Of a stretch of DNA of 58,340 bases, positions 44,456-52,918 are shown piece by piece. The notes below the pieces were generated by a model, which was given only the letters and a program-made list of their open reading frames with translations, searched no databases and was not told the DNA's origin. The position numbers and the translations under genes are program-made. Origin of the DNA: a virus (lineage: Duplodnaviria > Caudoviricetes). The stretch spans positions 1-58,340 of the IMG/VR virus record IMGVR_UViG_3300035670_000243, one strand, 5' to 3'. Each line of letters begins with the position of its first letter. Position 1 is the first letter of the stretch.

Positions 44456-47400
44456 CCAGTCACCGGGGACCCCTCCCCCTCCCCCGGCTGCGATTGACTT
44501 TAACGATCCTTTGATTAGGGAGCTGAACAAGCTTCCGACGGAGGATTTGATAGCGTATGAGAACCGGTTGAGGTGGGTGAATCAGCGTCACAAGCACCAG
44601 AAGCCGCCGAAGGGTGAGTGGACGGTGTGGTTGTTACTGGCGGGACGCGGAGCGGGTAAAGCGCTTTGTGTGGATACGCCTGTTGCGACGGCAACGGGCT
44701 GGACGCGCATGGGTGATCTTCGAGATGGCGATGTGGTGTTTGACGAGCAAGGAGCTGCGTGCACTGTAGTGAAATCGCATGAGCCGTATATTCCTGCTGC
44801 GATGTATCGGTTGACGTTTTCGGATGGCTCAACGATTGATGCGGACGCAGAGCATTTGTGGACGACTTTGACGCATCGTGCGCGAAAGCAGATGACGCGG
44901 CATGGGATTTCCAGGGTTCCGGACGATTGGGCGACATACCGGCATGTGTTGACTGATTGCCACGGCAACGTCACTGGGGAGGTTGGGGCTGAGACGTTGA
45001 CGACTGAGCAGTTGATTGGGTCTTTTACGCACAGTAGCAGGGGTGATTTAAACCACTGCATTCCGACCGCACAGCCGTTAAATCTTCCTGAGAAGGATCT
45101 GCTGATTGACCCATATTTGTTGGGTGTGTGGCTAGGTGATGGCGCATCTAAGGACCAAGTGATTTGGTCACACATTGACGATTTGCCGTTTGCTGAGGCG
45201 CATATTCAGTCGCTGGGTTACGAAACGTCGAGAAAGCACGATCAGGGTAATACGTGGAGTTTGCGCATTCAGGGGCTTGCCGCGCAGCTTAAAGAACTAG
45301 GCGTTTTTAAAAACAAGCATGTTCCAAGCCAATATCTTCGTGCGTCGATTGAGCAGCGTTTAGCGTTGTTGCGCGGGTTAATGGACACCGATGGGTATCA
45401 GTCTTCAAAGGCTGCGGAGTTTTGCAATACCAATCGCGCATTGGCTGAAGCGGTGTATGAGTTAGCGGTGTCATTGGGTGAGAAGCCGACTTTTAAAGAA
45501 AGCCGCGCCATGTTGTACGGTCGTGATTGTGGTGAGAAATATCGCGTGACATGGCGGTGGAATCGGTTTAACCCGTTCTCGTTGCCGCGCAAAGTGAATC
45601 AATTAGCAGCCCCCGAAGCGCAAGCGTTCAAGCACGGGCATCGGATGATTGTGTCGATTGAGCGCATTCAGCCATCCACTGTGCGGTGCATTACGGTGGA
45701 TAGTGCTTCGCGGTTGTATTTGGCCGGGGAGGCCATGATTCCAACGCACAATACACGCGCAGCAGCGGAATGGGTGTGGTGGCAGGCGTACAAAACGCCG
45801 GAGACGCGCTGGTTGGTGTGTGCACCAACGGCAGCGGACATTCGCGATACGTGTTTTGAGGGTGATTCTGGGTTAATTCAGGTGATGCCGGAGCGTGTTG
45901 TATCGGAATACAACCGGTCGCTATCGGAAATTATTCTGAAGAACGGCTCGCTAATCAAAGGCATTTCAGCGGAGACTCCCGACCGGCTGCGCGGTGGTCA
46001 ATGGCATGGTGCTTGGTGTCACCCTGCTGGAACTCCGGTCTTGATGGCAGACGGTAGCGAGAAGCCCATCGAGAAGATCCAAGTAGGTGATGTAGTTCAA
46101 ACGCGATTTGGGCCGCACGCAGTCACGGCATCGGGCTTGAGCCAGAACCCCGCACCGCTGTACCGTATCAGTTATGGCACGACGAACTTGACATGTACCG
46201 CAGATCATCCGATACTGATTGCAGGCCGGGGATGGGTCCCGGCTGAAAGCGTCAGAGTAGGAGATGAGCTATGGATACCATTGAGTTTGGCGGGAAAATA
46301 TGGCGTAAGCGCAAAGACGGGTACTACCGAAACGGTAAGAAGCAGTACCTTCATCGACACGTTTACGAGCAAAGCCACGGAGCTATTCCGCCCGGCTACG
46401 TTGTGCATCACGCCGATCACGACCCGGCTAACAACGACATTACGAACTTGGTGCTTATGCGTCGTTCTGAGCATCACAGCTATCATTCAGCAGGCAGACC
46501 AACGTCTGATAAGCAGAAGCAAGCTGCTTCAGCAACTTTTGTGCGCATGTGGCAAGAGTTGGAGTTGGATTCAAAAGCTTGCGTGCAGTGCGGTACGCAG
46601 TTTGAAAGCAAATCCATGCACAAAACTCGTGAGTTCTGTTCTGCAAAGTGCATGGAGAAGTGGAGAGCAAATGCTTTCCAGCCTGAAGAGCGCAAGTGCG
46701 AAGAGTGTAAAAGCCCTTACGAAGCCGTTAAGCGAACTCAGAAGTATTGCTGCGAGTCTTGCAATCAGAAAGCCGCTACTCGCCGGTATCGGGCGGATCG
46801 ACCCATTACAGTTCAGTCCTGTAATACCTGCGGAAAACAGTACGAAACCAAGCGCGCAAACGCAAGGTTCTGCTCAAGGCCCTGCGCCGTTCGCTATCAC
46901 GGCAAAAATCAGCGCCGTCGAAAGGTTAAAGACGCGGGAGCCGGTTTATAACCTGACAGTTGATCAGGTAAACGAGTACGTTGCAGGCGGAGTCGTGGTG
47001 CATAATTGCGATGAGTTAGCAGCTTGGCAGTACGATCAGGAGGCGTGGGACATGATTATGTTCGCGCTTCGATTGGGGAAACGTCCGAGGATTGTAGCGA
47101 CGACGACTCCGAAGCCGAAGGCGTTGATTCGTGACTTGATTGCGCGTGATGGGGCGGATGTGCACGTTACGAGGGCGAGCACGTACGAGAACATTGCGAA
47201 TTTGGCTCCGACTTTTCAGCAGCAGTTGTTGAAATTTGAGGGCACGACGCTTGGAAGACAGGAAATCCACGCGGAGGTGTTAAATCCTGAGGAGCAGGGG
47301 ATTATCAAGCGCAATTGGGTGAAGCTCTGGCCGGCGAAGAAGCCGTTACCGGCGCTTGAGCACATTGTGATGAGCTTGGACACGGCATTTACGGAGCAGA

Positions 47401-48032
47401 CGAGGGACAAAAAGACGTCCGATTCGGACCCGAGTGCGTGTGTGGTGTTGGGATTGTTCTACGAGAACGAGAAACCGAACATTATTTTGCTGGATTGTTG
47501 GGAAGACCGGCTGGGGATGCCGGAGTTGATCAAGAAGGTGAAGCGGGAGATGGAGGTTTACTACGGGGAGGACGATCAGAAGCCGATTATCAAGCCGATG
47601 TACGGTCCTTCGCGGATGATTAACACGGGTCGGAAGCCCGATACGATAGTGATTGAGGACAAGGGCAGCGGGATTTCTCTCCGTCAGATGCTCTCTAGGG
47701 AGGGGATTCTGGCGCATGCGTATAACCCTGGGAAGGCATCTAAGTTGACCCGATTGCACATGGTGAGTCACTTATTTGCCAGTGGGATGGTGTGGTTTGT
47801 GGAGAGTGAGAAGCGTTCCGGGCAGGTTAGATCATGGGCGGAGCCGCTTTTGTACCAATTGTGTTCGTTTTCGGGGGAGGGGACGATCAAACACGATGAT
47901 TTGATGGATGCTTGCACGCAGGGATTACGTTTCCTAGCGGACAGGGATATGATAAGCGTGAGTAAACCTAAGCCGGTACAGCCGCGACTAATTGTGAACG
48001 AGCGTCCGAGGGGAAATCCATATGGCATCTGA
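44397..48032 (+). CDS. terL: Terminase large subunit containing two inteins (about 517 aa after splicing; true start may be the GTG at 44424)
   Basis: Walker A AGRGAGK/T and Walker B GAW/CDE restored after intein removal; TTTP, DTA, IEDK.SG and HDD..DA motifs. Confidence 0.93.
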   Translation: MERRLRRHSVTQLKLPSASSQSPGTPPPPPAAIDFNDPLIRELNKLPTEDLIAYENRLRWVNQRHKHQKPPKGEWTVWLLLAGRGAGKALCVDTPVATATGWTRMGDLRDGDVVFDEQGAACTVVKSHEPYIPAAMYRLTFSDGSTIDADAEHLWTTLTHRARKQMTRHGISRVPDDWATYRHVLTDCHGNVTGEVGAETLTTEQLIGSFTHSSRGDLNHCIPTAQPLNLPEKDLLIDPYLLGVWLGDGASKDQVIWSHIDDLPFAEAHIQSLGYETSRKHDQGNTWSLRIQGLAAQLKELGVFKNKHVPSQYLRASIEQRLALLRGLMDTDGYQSSKAAEFCNTNRALAEAVYELAVSLGEKPTFKESRAMLYGRDCGEKYRVTWRWNRFNPFSLPRKVNQLAAPEAQAFKHGHRMIVSIERIQPSTVRCITVDSASRLYLAGEAMIPTHNTRAAAEWVWWQAYKTPETRWLVCAPTAADIRDTCFEGDSGLIQVMPERVVSEYNRSLSEIILKNGSLIKGISAETPDRLRGGQWHGAWCHPAGTPVLMADGSEKPIEKIQVGDVVQTRFGPHAVTASGLSQNPAPLYRISYGTTNLTCTADHPILIAGRGWVPAESVRVGDELWIPLSLAGKYGVSAKTGTTETVRSSTFIDTFTSKATELFRPATLCITPITTRLTTTLRTWCLCVVLSITAIIQQADQRLISRSKLLQQLLCACGKSWSWIQKLACSAVRSLKANPCTKLVSSVLQSAWRSGEQMLSSLKSASAKSVKALTKPLSELRSIAASLAIRKPLLAGIGRIDPLQFSPVIPAENSTKPSAQTQGSAQGPAPFAITAKISAVERLKTREPVYNLTVDQVNEYVAGGVVVHNCDELAAWQYDQEAWDMIMFALRLGKRPRIVATTTPKPKALIRDLIARDGADVHVTRASTYENIANLAPTFQQQLLKFEGTTLGRQEIHAEVLNPEEQGIIKRNWVKLWPAKKPLPALEHIVMSLDTAFTEQTRDKKTSDSDPSACVVLGLFYENEKPNIILLDCWEDRLGMPELIKKVKREMEVYYGEDDQKPIIKPMYGPSRMINTGRKPDTIVIEDKGSGISLRQMLSREGILAHAYNPGKASKLTRLHMVSHLFASGMVWFVESEKRSGQVRSWAEPLLYQLCSFSGEGTIKHDDLMDACTQGLRFLADRDMISVSKPKPVQPRLIVNERPRGNPYGI
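44661..45752 (+). mobile_element. Intein 1 (364 aa, Ala-1, class-3 signature) with LAGLIDADG endonuclease, inserted in Walker A
   Basis: ALCVDTPV start, AEHLW block B, VRCITVD block F, IPTHN/T end; PYLLGVWLGDG and LLRGLMDTDG motifs. Confidence 0.9.
46017..47006 (+). mobile_element. Intein 2 (330 aa, Cys-1), inserted in Walker B
   Basis: CHPAGTPVLMADG start, TADH block B, VYNLTV block F, VVHN/C end. Confidence 0.9.
46271..46951 (+). CDS. HNH endonuclease with C-terminal Zn-finger repeats, nested out of frame inside intein 2
   Basis: YLHRHVYE..G.IP.GYVVHH.D.D..NN...NL..HH HNH core; three CxxC..CxxxC repeats; AGGAG 7 nt upstream of the ATG. Confidence 0.88.
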   Translation: MDTIEFGGKIWRKRKDGYYRNGKKQYLHRHVYEQSHGAIPPGYVVHHADHDPANNDITNLVLMRRSEHHSYHSAGRPTSDKQKQAASATFVRMWQELELDSKACVQCGTQFESKSMHKTREFCSAKCMEKWRANAFQPEERKCEECKSPYEAVKRTQKYCCESCNQKAATRRYRADRPITVQSCNTCGKQYETKRANARFCSRPCAVRYHGKNQRRRKVKDAGAGL

Positions 48033-50541
48033 GCCGAATGATTTGGATGAAGCGAAGGAAGACCTTGGTGAGATGTTTGAACTCCCTGATGAGGTGTCTG
48101 AGATTGAGGACACTGAGGACGGCGGGGCGATTGTTCGTTTTGAAGAGGAGTCCGAGGAGTCTGTTGAGTTGGAGTTTTACTCTAACTTAGCGGAGACGCT
48201 GCCTGAGGGGGAGATGGACGACTTGGCCCAGAGTTTGTTGGGTTTGGTGTCCAAGGACAAGGAAGCGCGTAAGAAGCGTGATGAGCAGTATGAAGAGGGA
48301 ATCCGGCGTACGGGACTTGGAGATGATGCACCAGGCGGCGCTCAATTTCAGGGTGCAAGTCGGGTTGTGCACCCCATGCTTACTGAGGTTTGCGTGGACT
48401 TCTCTGCCCGAGCTATTAAGGAGCTTTTCCCGGCTGCGGGTCCGGTAAAGGACTACATTGTTGGGGAGCCGACTGCGGACAAGGTGACGAAGGCATCGCG
48501 CAAGAGCCAGTACATGAACTGGCAGTTGACGCAGCAGATGCCGGAGTTCCGTGCGGAGTTGGAGCAATTACTGACTCAGGTCCCGCTGGGTGGTGCGCAG
48601 TATTTGAAGTTGAGTTGGGACTCTGGCAAGCGCCGTCCGGTTCCGCTGTTCATTGGTATTGACGACATTTACCTGCCGTACGCGGCAACGAACTTTTATT
48701 CGGCCGAGCGCAAGACGCACGTTCAGTACGTGACGGAGATTGAGTACCGGCAGCGGATTCGCTCTGGGATGTATCGGGATGTTGACTTGGCTCCGACGAC
48801 GATGGAGCCGGATGTCTCGAAGGCTGAGAAGGCAAACAACAAGATCGAGGGTCGCGACAGCAGCGCGTACGACGTTGACGGGCTGCGCACGATCTTTGAA
48901 ATCTATGTCATTTCTGACATAGAAGACGAGTACGGGCTGGCTCCGTACATTGTTTCTCTGGACAAGACGACGGGTAAGGTTCTCAGCATCTATCGCAACT
49001 GGCGTGAGGAAGACGACACGCTTGAGGAGATGCAGTGGATCATTGAGTTCCCGTTTGTTCCGTGGCGTGGTGCGTACCCGATTGGCATTCCGCAGATGAT
49101 TGGCGGATTGTCTGCTGCGGCTACGGGTGCTCTTCGGGCGCTGTTGGATTCTGCGCACATTGCGAACTTTCCTGGAATGCTGAAGCTGAAGGGCGGTCGT
49201 GAGGGCGGGCAGTCTGAGCGCATTGATCCGACCGAGGTTAAGGAGATTGAGGGCGGCGCGTTTTCGGATGACATCCGAAAGATTGCGATGCCGTTGCCGT
49301 TCAACCAGCCTTCTGAGACGTTGTTCCGATTGCTGGGCTTTTTGATTGAGTCTGGCAAGGGCGTGGTTCGCACCACGATGGAGAACATCACCGACAGCAA
49401 CGCCAACGTCCCGGTTGGTACGCAGCTCTCGCGTATTGAGCAGGGGATGATGGTATTCAGTGCGATTCATGCGCGATTGCATGATGCGATGGGTCGCACG
49501 CTGAAGGTTCTGCATCGTTTGAACGCGATGTACTTGGAGGACGAAGAGGTCAAGGAAGAGCTTGGCGAGTTGATTGTTCGCCGTTCTGACTTTGAAGGTC
49601 CGATGGATGTGGTTCCGGTTTCGGACCCGAACATTTTCAGCGAAGCCCAGCGTTACGCTCAGGTTCAGGCTCTTGCTCAGCGTGCGATTGCTTTGCCGCA
49701 GATTTACGATTTGCGCAAAGTTGAAGAGCGCATCCTTGATCAGTTGAAGATTCCGAATGCCAAGGATTTGTTGGTTCCTGCTCCGAAGCCGAAGGAGATG
49801 AATGCCGTTAATGAAAACATTGCTGCAACTCTTGGGCGTCCACTATCGGCGTTCCCGGAACAGGATCACCTTGCGCACATCCAGGTCCACTTGGACTATC
49901 TCACTAGCCCCGTACTGGGTGGCGGTTTCCTCATGTCGGGGACATACATTCCTGTCATTCTTAACCATCTCAAAGAGCATATCGCTCTTTGGTATGCGAA
50001 TCATGTCTTTGAAGTTGCCTCTAGCGCGATGGGTCGGGACATTTCGGAAGTCCAGCGCGAAAAGGGCAGTTCGGAATTGAAGCGCAGCTTTGACCAGATG
50101 CTGGCTGCGGCATCTCAGCGCGTAGTTCCGGATGCGGCAAAGGCGTTCAGCGCGATCCCGCAGATCGTTCAGCAAGCGATGCAGGTCATGCAGCAGATGC
50201 AGGGCATGGGACCGCAAGATCCGAAGACGGCGGCGCAGATGGCAGAGACGCAGCGCAAGGCTGCTGCGGATCAAGGGTTGCTTCAGGTCAAGCAGGCCGA
50301 GTTGCAGCTTGAGGCGCAGAAGGTGCAGTCTGGTTCGCAAGAGCAGACAGCGAAGATGCAGCAGGCAGCGCAGCGTGAAGTGCTCAAGCAGGATCGCTTG
50401 GACGAGCGTCAGGCTGCTGAGCTTCAGGTCAAGATGCTTACGAACCGCGAGGACAACCAGACGGCGAAGGACATCGCTGCTGCGGAAGTTCTCACGGGTG
50501 AAAAGGTTGGTGTTTCAACGGGCACGGGTATTAACCCGTAG
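48022..50541 (+). CDS. Portal protein
   Basis: Follows terL; F.GAS.VVHP.L.E, YMNWQLT and PVSDPNIFS motifs; Q-rich coiled-coil C-terminus. Confidence 0.88.
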   Translation: MASEPNDLDEAKEDLGEMFELPDEVSEIEDTEDGGAIVRFEEESEESVELEFYSNLAETLPEGEMDDLAQSLLGLVSKDKEARKKRDEQYEEGIRRTGLGDDAPGGAQFQGASRVVHPMLTEVCVDFSARAIKELFPAAGPVKDYIVGEPTADKVTKASRKSQYMNWQLTQQMPEFRAELEQLLTQVPLGGAQYLKLSWDSGKRRPVPLFIGIDDIYLPYAATNFYSAERKTHVQYVTEIEYRQRIRSGMYRDVDLAPTTMEPDVSKAEKANNKIEGRDSSAYDVDGLRTIFEIYVISDIEDEYGLAPYIVSLDKTTGKVLSIYRNWREEDDTLEEMQWIIEFPFVPWRGAYPIGIPQMIGGLSAAATGALRALLDSAHIANFPGMLKLKGGREGGQSERIDPTEVKEIEGGAFSDDIRKIAMPLPFNQPSETLFRLLGFLIESGKGVVRTTMENITDSNANVPVGTQLSRIEQGMMVFSAIHARLHDAMGRTLKVLHRLNAMYLEDEEVKEELGELIVRRSDFEGPMDVVPVSDPNIFSEAQRYAQVQALAQRAIALPQIYDLRKVEERILDQLKIPNAKDLLVPAPKPKEMNAVNENIAATLGRPLSAFPEQDHLAHIQVHLDYLTSPVLGGGFLMSGTYIPVILNHLKEHIALWYANHVFEVASSAMGRDISEVQREKGSSELKRSFDQMLAAASQRVVPDAAKAFSAIPQIVQQAMQVMQQMQGMGPQDPKTAAQMAETQRKAAADQGLLQVKQAELQLEAQKVQSGSQEQTAKMQQAAQREVLKQDRLDERQAAELQVKMLTNREDNQTAKDIAAAEVLTGEKVGVSTGTGINP

Positions 50542-50550
50542 GAGTGATAT

Positions 50551-50721
50551 ATGGCAAACGATTACGTGAATCAGCACAAGATGCTGGCGATGGGCGCTAA
50601 GGTTGACGGGCAGAAGATGCCGGGCAGCGCCCCGAAGGGTTTGGACATGGGTTCAAAGGGAGTCAAGGGCGATCCCAAGGCAACGCCCGCCATCATTAGC
50701 AAGGGTAAACAAAACGCATGA
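50551..50721 (+). CDS. Small basic hypothetical protein (56 aa)
   Basis: RBS AGGAG; MANDYVNQHKMLAMG; below the ORF-track cutoff. Confidence 0.5.
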   Translation: MANDYVNQHKMLAMGAKVDGQKMPGSAPKGLDMGSKGVKGDPKATPAIISKGKQNA

Positions 50722-50915
50722 TTGAACGCATCATTGACGAATTGGAGTTGGCCAAGGCTCGCGTTGCACACGATGCGATGAAGCGGCAACTGGAAGGTAA
50801 GGATGCTTCGTTTGAATATGGCAAGGCAGTGGGCACTTACGCCGGGTTGCAGGCCGCGTTAACTTACATTGATCGTCTTCTCAAGCAGGAAGAAGAAGAC
50901 GGAGAGGATTTCTAA
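50718..50915 (+). CDS. Small hypothetical protein upstream of GroES
   Basis: EYGKAVG.Y.GL motif; ATGA coupling. Confidence 0.65.
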   Translation: MIERIIDELELAKARVAHDAMKRQLEGKDASFEYGKAVGTYAGLQAALTYIDRLLKQEEEDGEDF

Positions 50916-51314
50916 ATGTCAGCATTGGATGAGGCTTTTCCTAGTGTAGAGCCGGGATTGGTTCCGTTTGGATCTCGAGTTCTGGTGCAGATTCGTTCAG
51001 CAAAGAAGACTTCTGCTGGCGGAATTATTCTGCACAACGAGACTCGTGAGACTGAGATCTGGAATACCCAGATCGCAAAGGTAGTCACTCTTGGACCGTT
51101 GGCGTTCAAGAATCGCAATACGATGGAGTCCTGGCCGGAAGGTAATTGGTGCAAGCCTGGCGAATTTGTCCGGGTGCCCAAGTACGGCGGAGATCGTTGG
51201 AAGGTACCGCATGGTAAGGACGGGGAAGAAGAAGCCCTGTTCGTGATCTTCAACGATCTGGACATCGTTGGTGGTGTGGTGGGTGACCCCCTCGCCATTA
51301 AAGCGTTCATTTGA
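50916..51314 (+). CDS. groES: GroES-like co-chaperonin
   Basis: P.GSRVLV..KTSAGGIIL..V..GP..W.K.GE.V..KYGG..ND.DI. Confidence 0.85.
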   Translation: MSALDEAFPSVEPGLVPFGSRVLVQIRSAKKTSAGGIILHNETRETEIWNTQIAKVVTLGPLAFKNRNTMESWPEGNWCKPGEFVRVPKYGGDRWKVPHGKDGEEEALFVIFNDLDIVGGVVGDPLAIKAFI

Positions 51315-51337
51315 CACTAACGTCGAAGAGGTGACTT

Positions 51338-52336
51338 ATGTCTGAAAAAGACCAGTTAGTTGAAAACGACGAGACTCCCGAGACCGAGGAGTACGTCATT
51401 ACCGAAACGCCGCCTGAGGAGGCCAGTGCTGAAGCTGTTGAGGCAGAGGTTGCGGCTGAAGATGAAGACGAGGGCGATGAGCGTCTTGCCGATGCGGATT
51501 CTTCTGAAGATGAAGAGTCTCCGAAGGGCAAGCGTGCGCTGACTCCGGAAGAGAAGCGTGCCCAGCGGCAGAACCGCAAGTTCCGTCGTAAGGCTGCGAT
51601 TGAGCACAAGGAGCGCGAGTTGGCGTTCTTGCGTGCGGAGAACGAAGAGTTCAAGCGCCGCTTGGCCAGCGTCGAACAGCAGACTAGCAAGTTTAATGTC
51701 AACGCGGTGGACCAGAAGCTGAGCGAGGCGCTGAACGAAGCGCAACTTGCTGAGCGGATCATGGCGAAGGCCATCGAGCAGGGCCAAGGTGAAGACGTCA
51801 CCAAGGCGTTGCAGATCCGCGATCAGGCTCTCGAGCGTGCTCGTCTGCTTCGGGCGGAGAAGGAGCAGGCGGAAAAGCCGCGCCAATCAGAGAAGCCCGG
51901 CAAGGACCCGCGAGTGGCTGCGTACGCTAAGGAATGGGTAGAAGCCAACAACTGGTACGACCCGTCTGGCAAGGATGAAGACTCAGCGATTGTGAAGGTC
52001 ATCGACCAGCGTCTGGCTTCGGAAGGGTTCGACCCGGCTACGGAAGATTATTGGATTGAGTTGGACAACCGGGTGGCTCGGCGGCTTCCCCATCGTTACG
52101 GAGAGGAACCCAGCATGGAAACGGAAAAGCCTGCCCCCAAGGCAGCGGCTACTCGTAAAGGTCCGCCGGTTGGCGGGAAGCGTGAATACGCTGCCCCGTC
52201 TACCCGCAAAGAGGTGTATATCAGCCCTGAGCGCAAGCAGGCGCTCATCGACGCAGGCGTCTGGGATAACCCGGACTTGCGTCAACGCTACATTAAGCGT
52301 TATGCTGAATATGATCGTAACAATTCTTCTCGCTAA
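51338..52336 (+). CDS. Capsid scaffolding protein
   Basis: Acidic N-terminus, long coiled coil, W...N.W motif; upstream of capsid genes. Confidence 0.7.
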   Translation: MSEKDQLVENDETPETEEYVITETPPEEASAEAVEAEVAAEDEDEGDERLADADSSEDEESPKGKRALTPEEKRAQRQNRKFRRKAAIEHKERELAFLRAENEEFKRRLASVEQQTSKFNVNAVDQKLSEALNEAQLAERIMAKAIEQGQGEDVTKALQIRDQALERARLLRAEKEQAEKPRQSEKPGKDPRVAAYAKEWVEANNWYDPSGKDEDSAIVKVIDQRLASEGFDPATEDYWIELDNRVARRLPHRYGEEPSMETEKPAPKAAATRKGPPVGGKREYAAPSTRKEVYISPERKQALIDAGVWDNPDLRQRYIKRYAEYDRNNSSR

Positions 52337-52353
52337 ATAAGGGAGCGAGTTAT

Positions 52354-52887
52354 ATGAGCGACGAAAGACTGAAGAAAGTTCTTGGCGAAGGGCGTGAAAC
52401 CAGAGCTGCGTATGATCGCGCAGCAACTGAGAGTCGTGAACTCTCTGATGACGCACGAGTCGAGATGTTTCGACAGCAATTTATTCAGGCCGCGTTGCCT
52501 GATTTGCCGAAACTTCCGGGTTACCACACTTGCTGGTTGACCACCACGAACCCACGAGATTCGATCCACGCACGCATTCGGCTGGGATATGAGCCGATTA
52601 AACCCGAAGATGTTCCCGGCTGGGAATATGCTTCGATCAAGACTGGCGAATGGCAGGGGTTCATTGGAGTCAACGAGATGCTTGCTTTCAAGCTTCCGAT
52701 TTCGCTGTACAAGAAGTACATGCACGCGGTGCACTACGATGCACCCAATCAGGAAGAAGAGCGGCTGCTCAGCAGTAACGAGGCCATGCGCGAGCAGGCC
52801 GAGCGTGCTGGGTCTAAGTTGGTCGAAGGTGACGGCATGTCGGCAATTCGGGAATCCGCCAAGGTACGCGCTCCGCAAGAGTGGTAA
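52354..52887 (+). CDS. Head-module hypothetical protein
   Basis: PGYH.CW..R..LGYEP motif; position. Confidence 0.6.
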   Translation: MSDERLKKVLGEGRETRAAYDRAATESRELSDDARVEMFRQQFIQAALPDLPKLPGYHTCWLTTTNPRDSIHARIRLGYEPIKPEDVPGWEYASIKTGEWQGFIGVNEMLAFKLPISLYKKYMHAVHYDAPNQEEERLLSSNEAMREQAERAGSKLVEGDGMSAIRESAKVRAPQEW

Positions 52888-52918
52888 TTGGCAGTCACGT
52901 TTTATGAGGATTTAACAA

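Noticed and set aside
46271-46951. Group I intron or programmed frameshift as the explanation for the nested HNH
   Set aside because: The terL frame is continuous without RNA splicing, the protein-splicing motifs are intact, and the HNH has its own SD and ATG; no intron core recognised, though not excluded computationally
48568-49515. Long antisense ORFs (this one, 10704-11519, 28778-29674, 24751-25623, 25415-26323)
   Set aside because: Shadows of GC-rich sense genes with no recognisable motif, unlike the nested HNH at 46271
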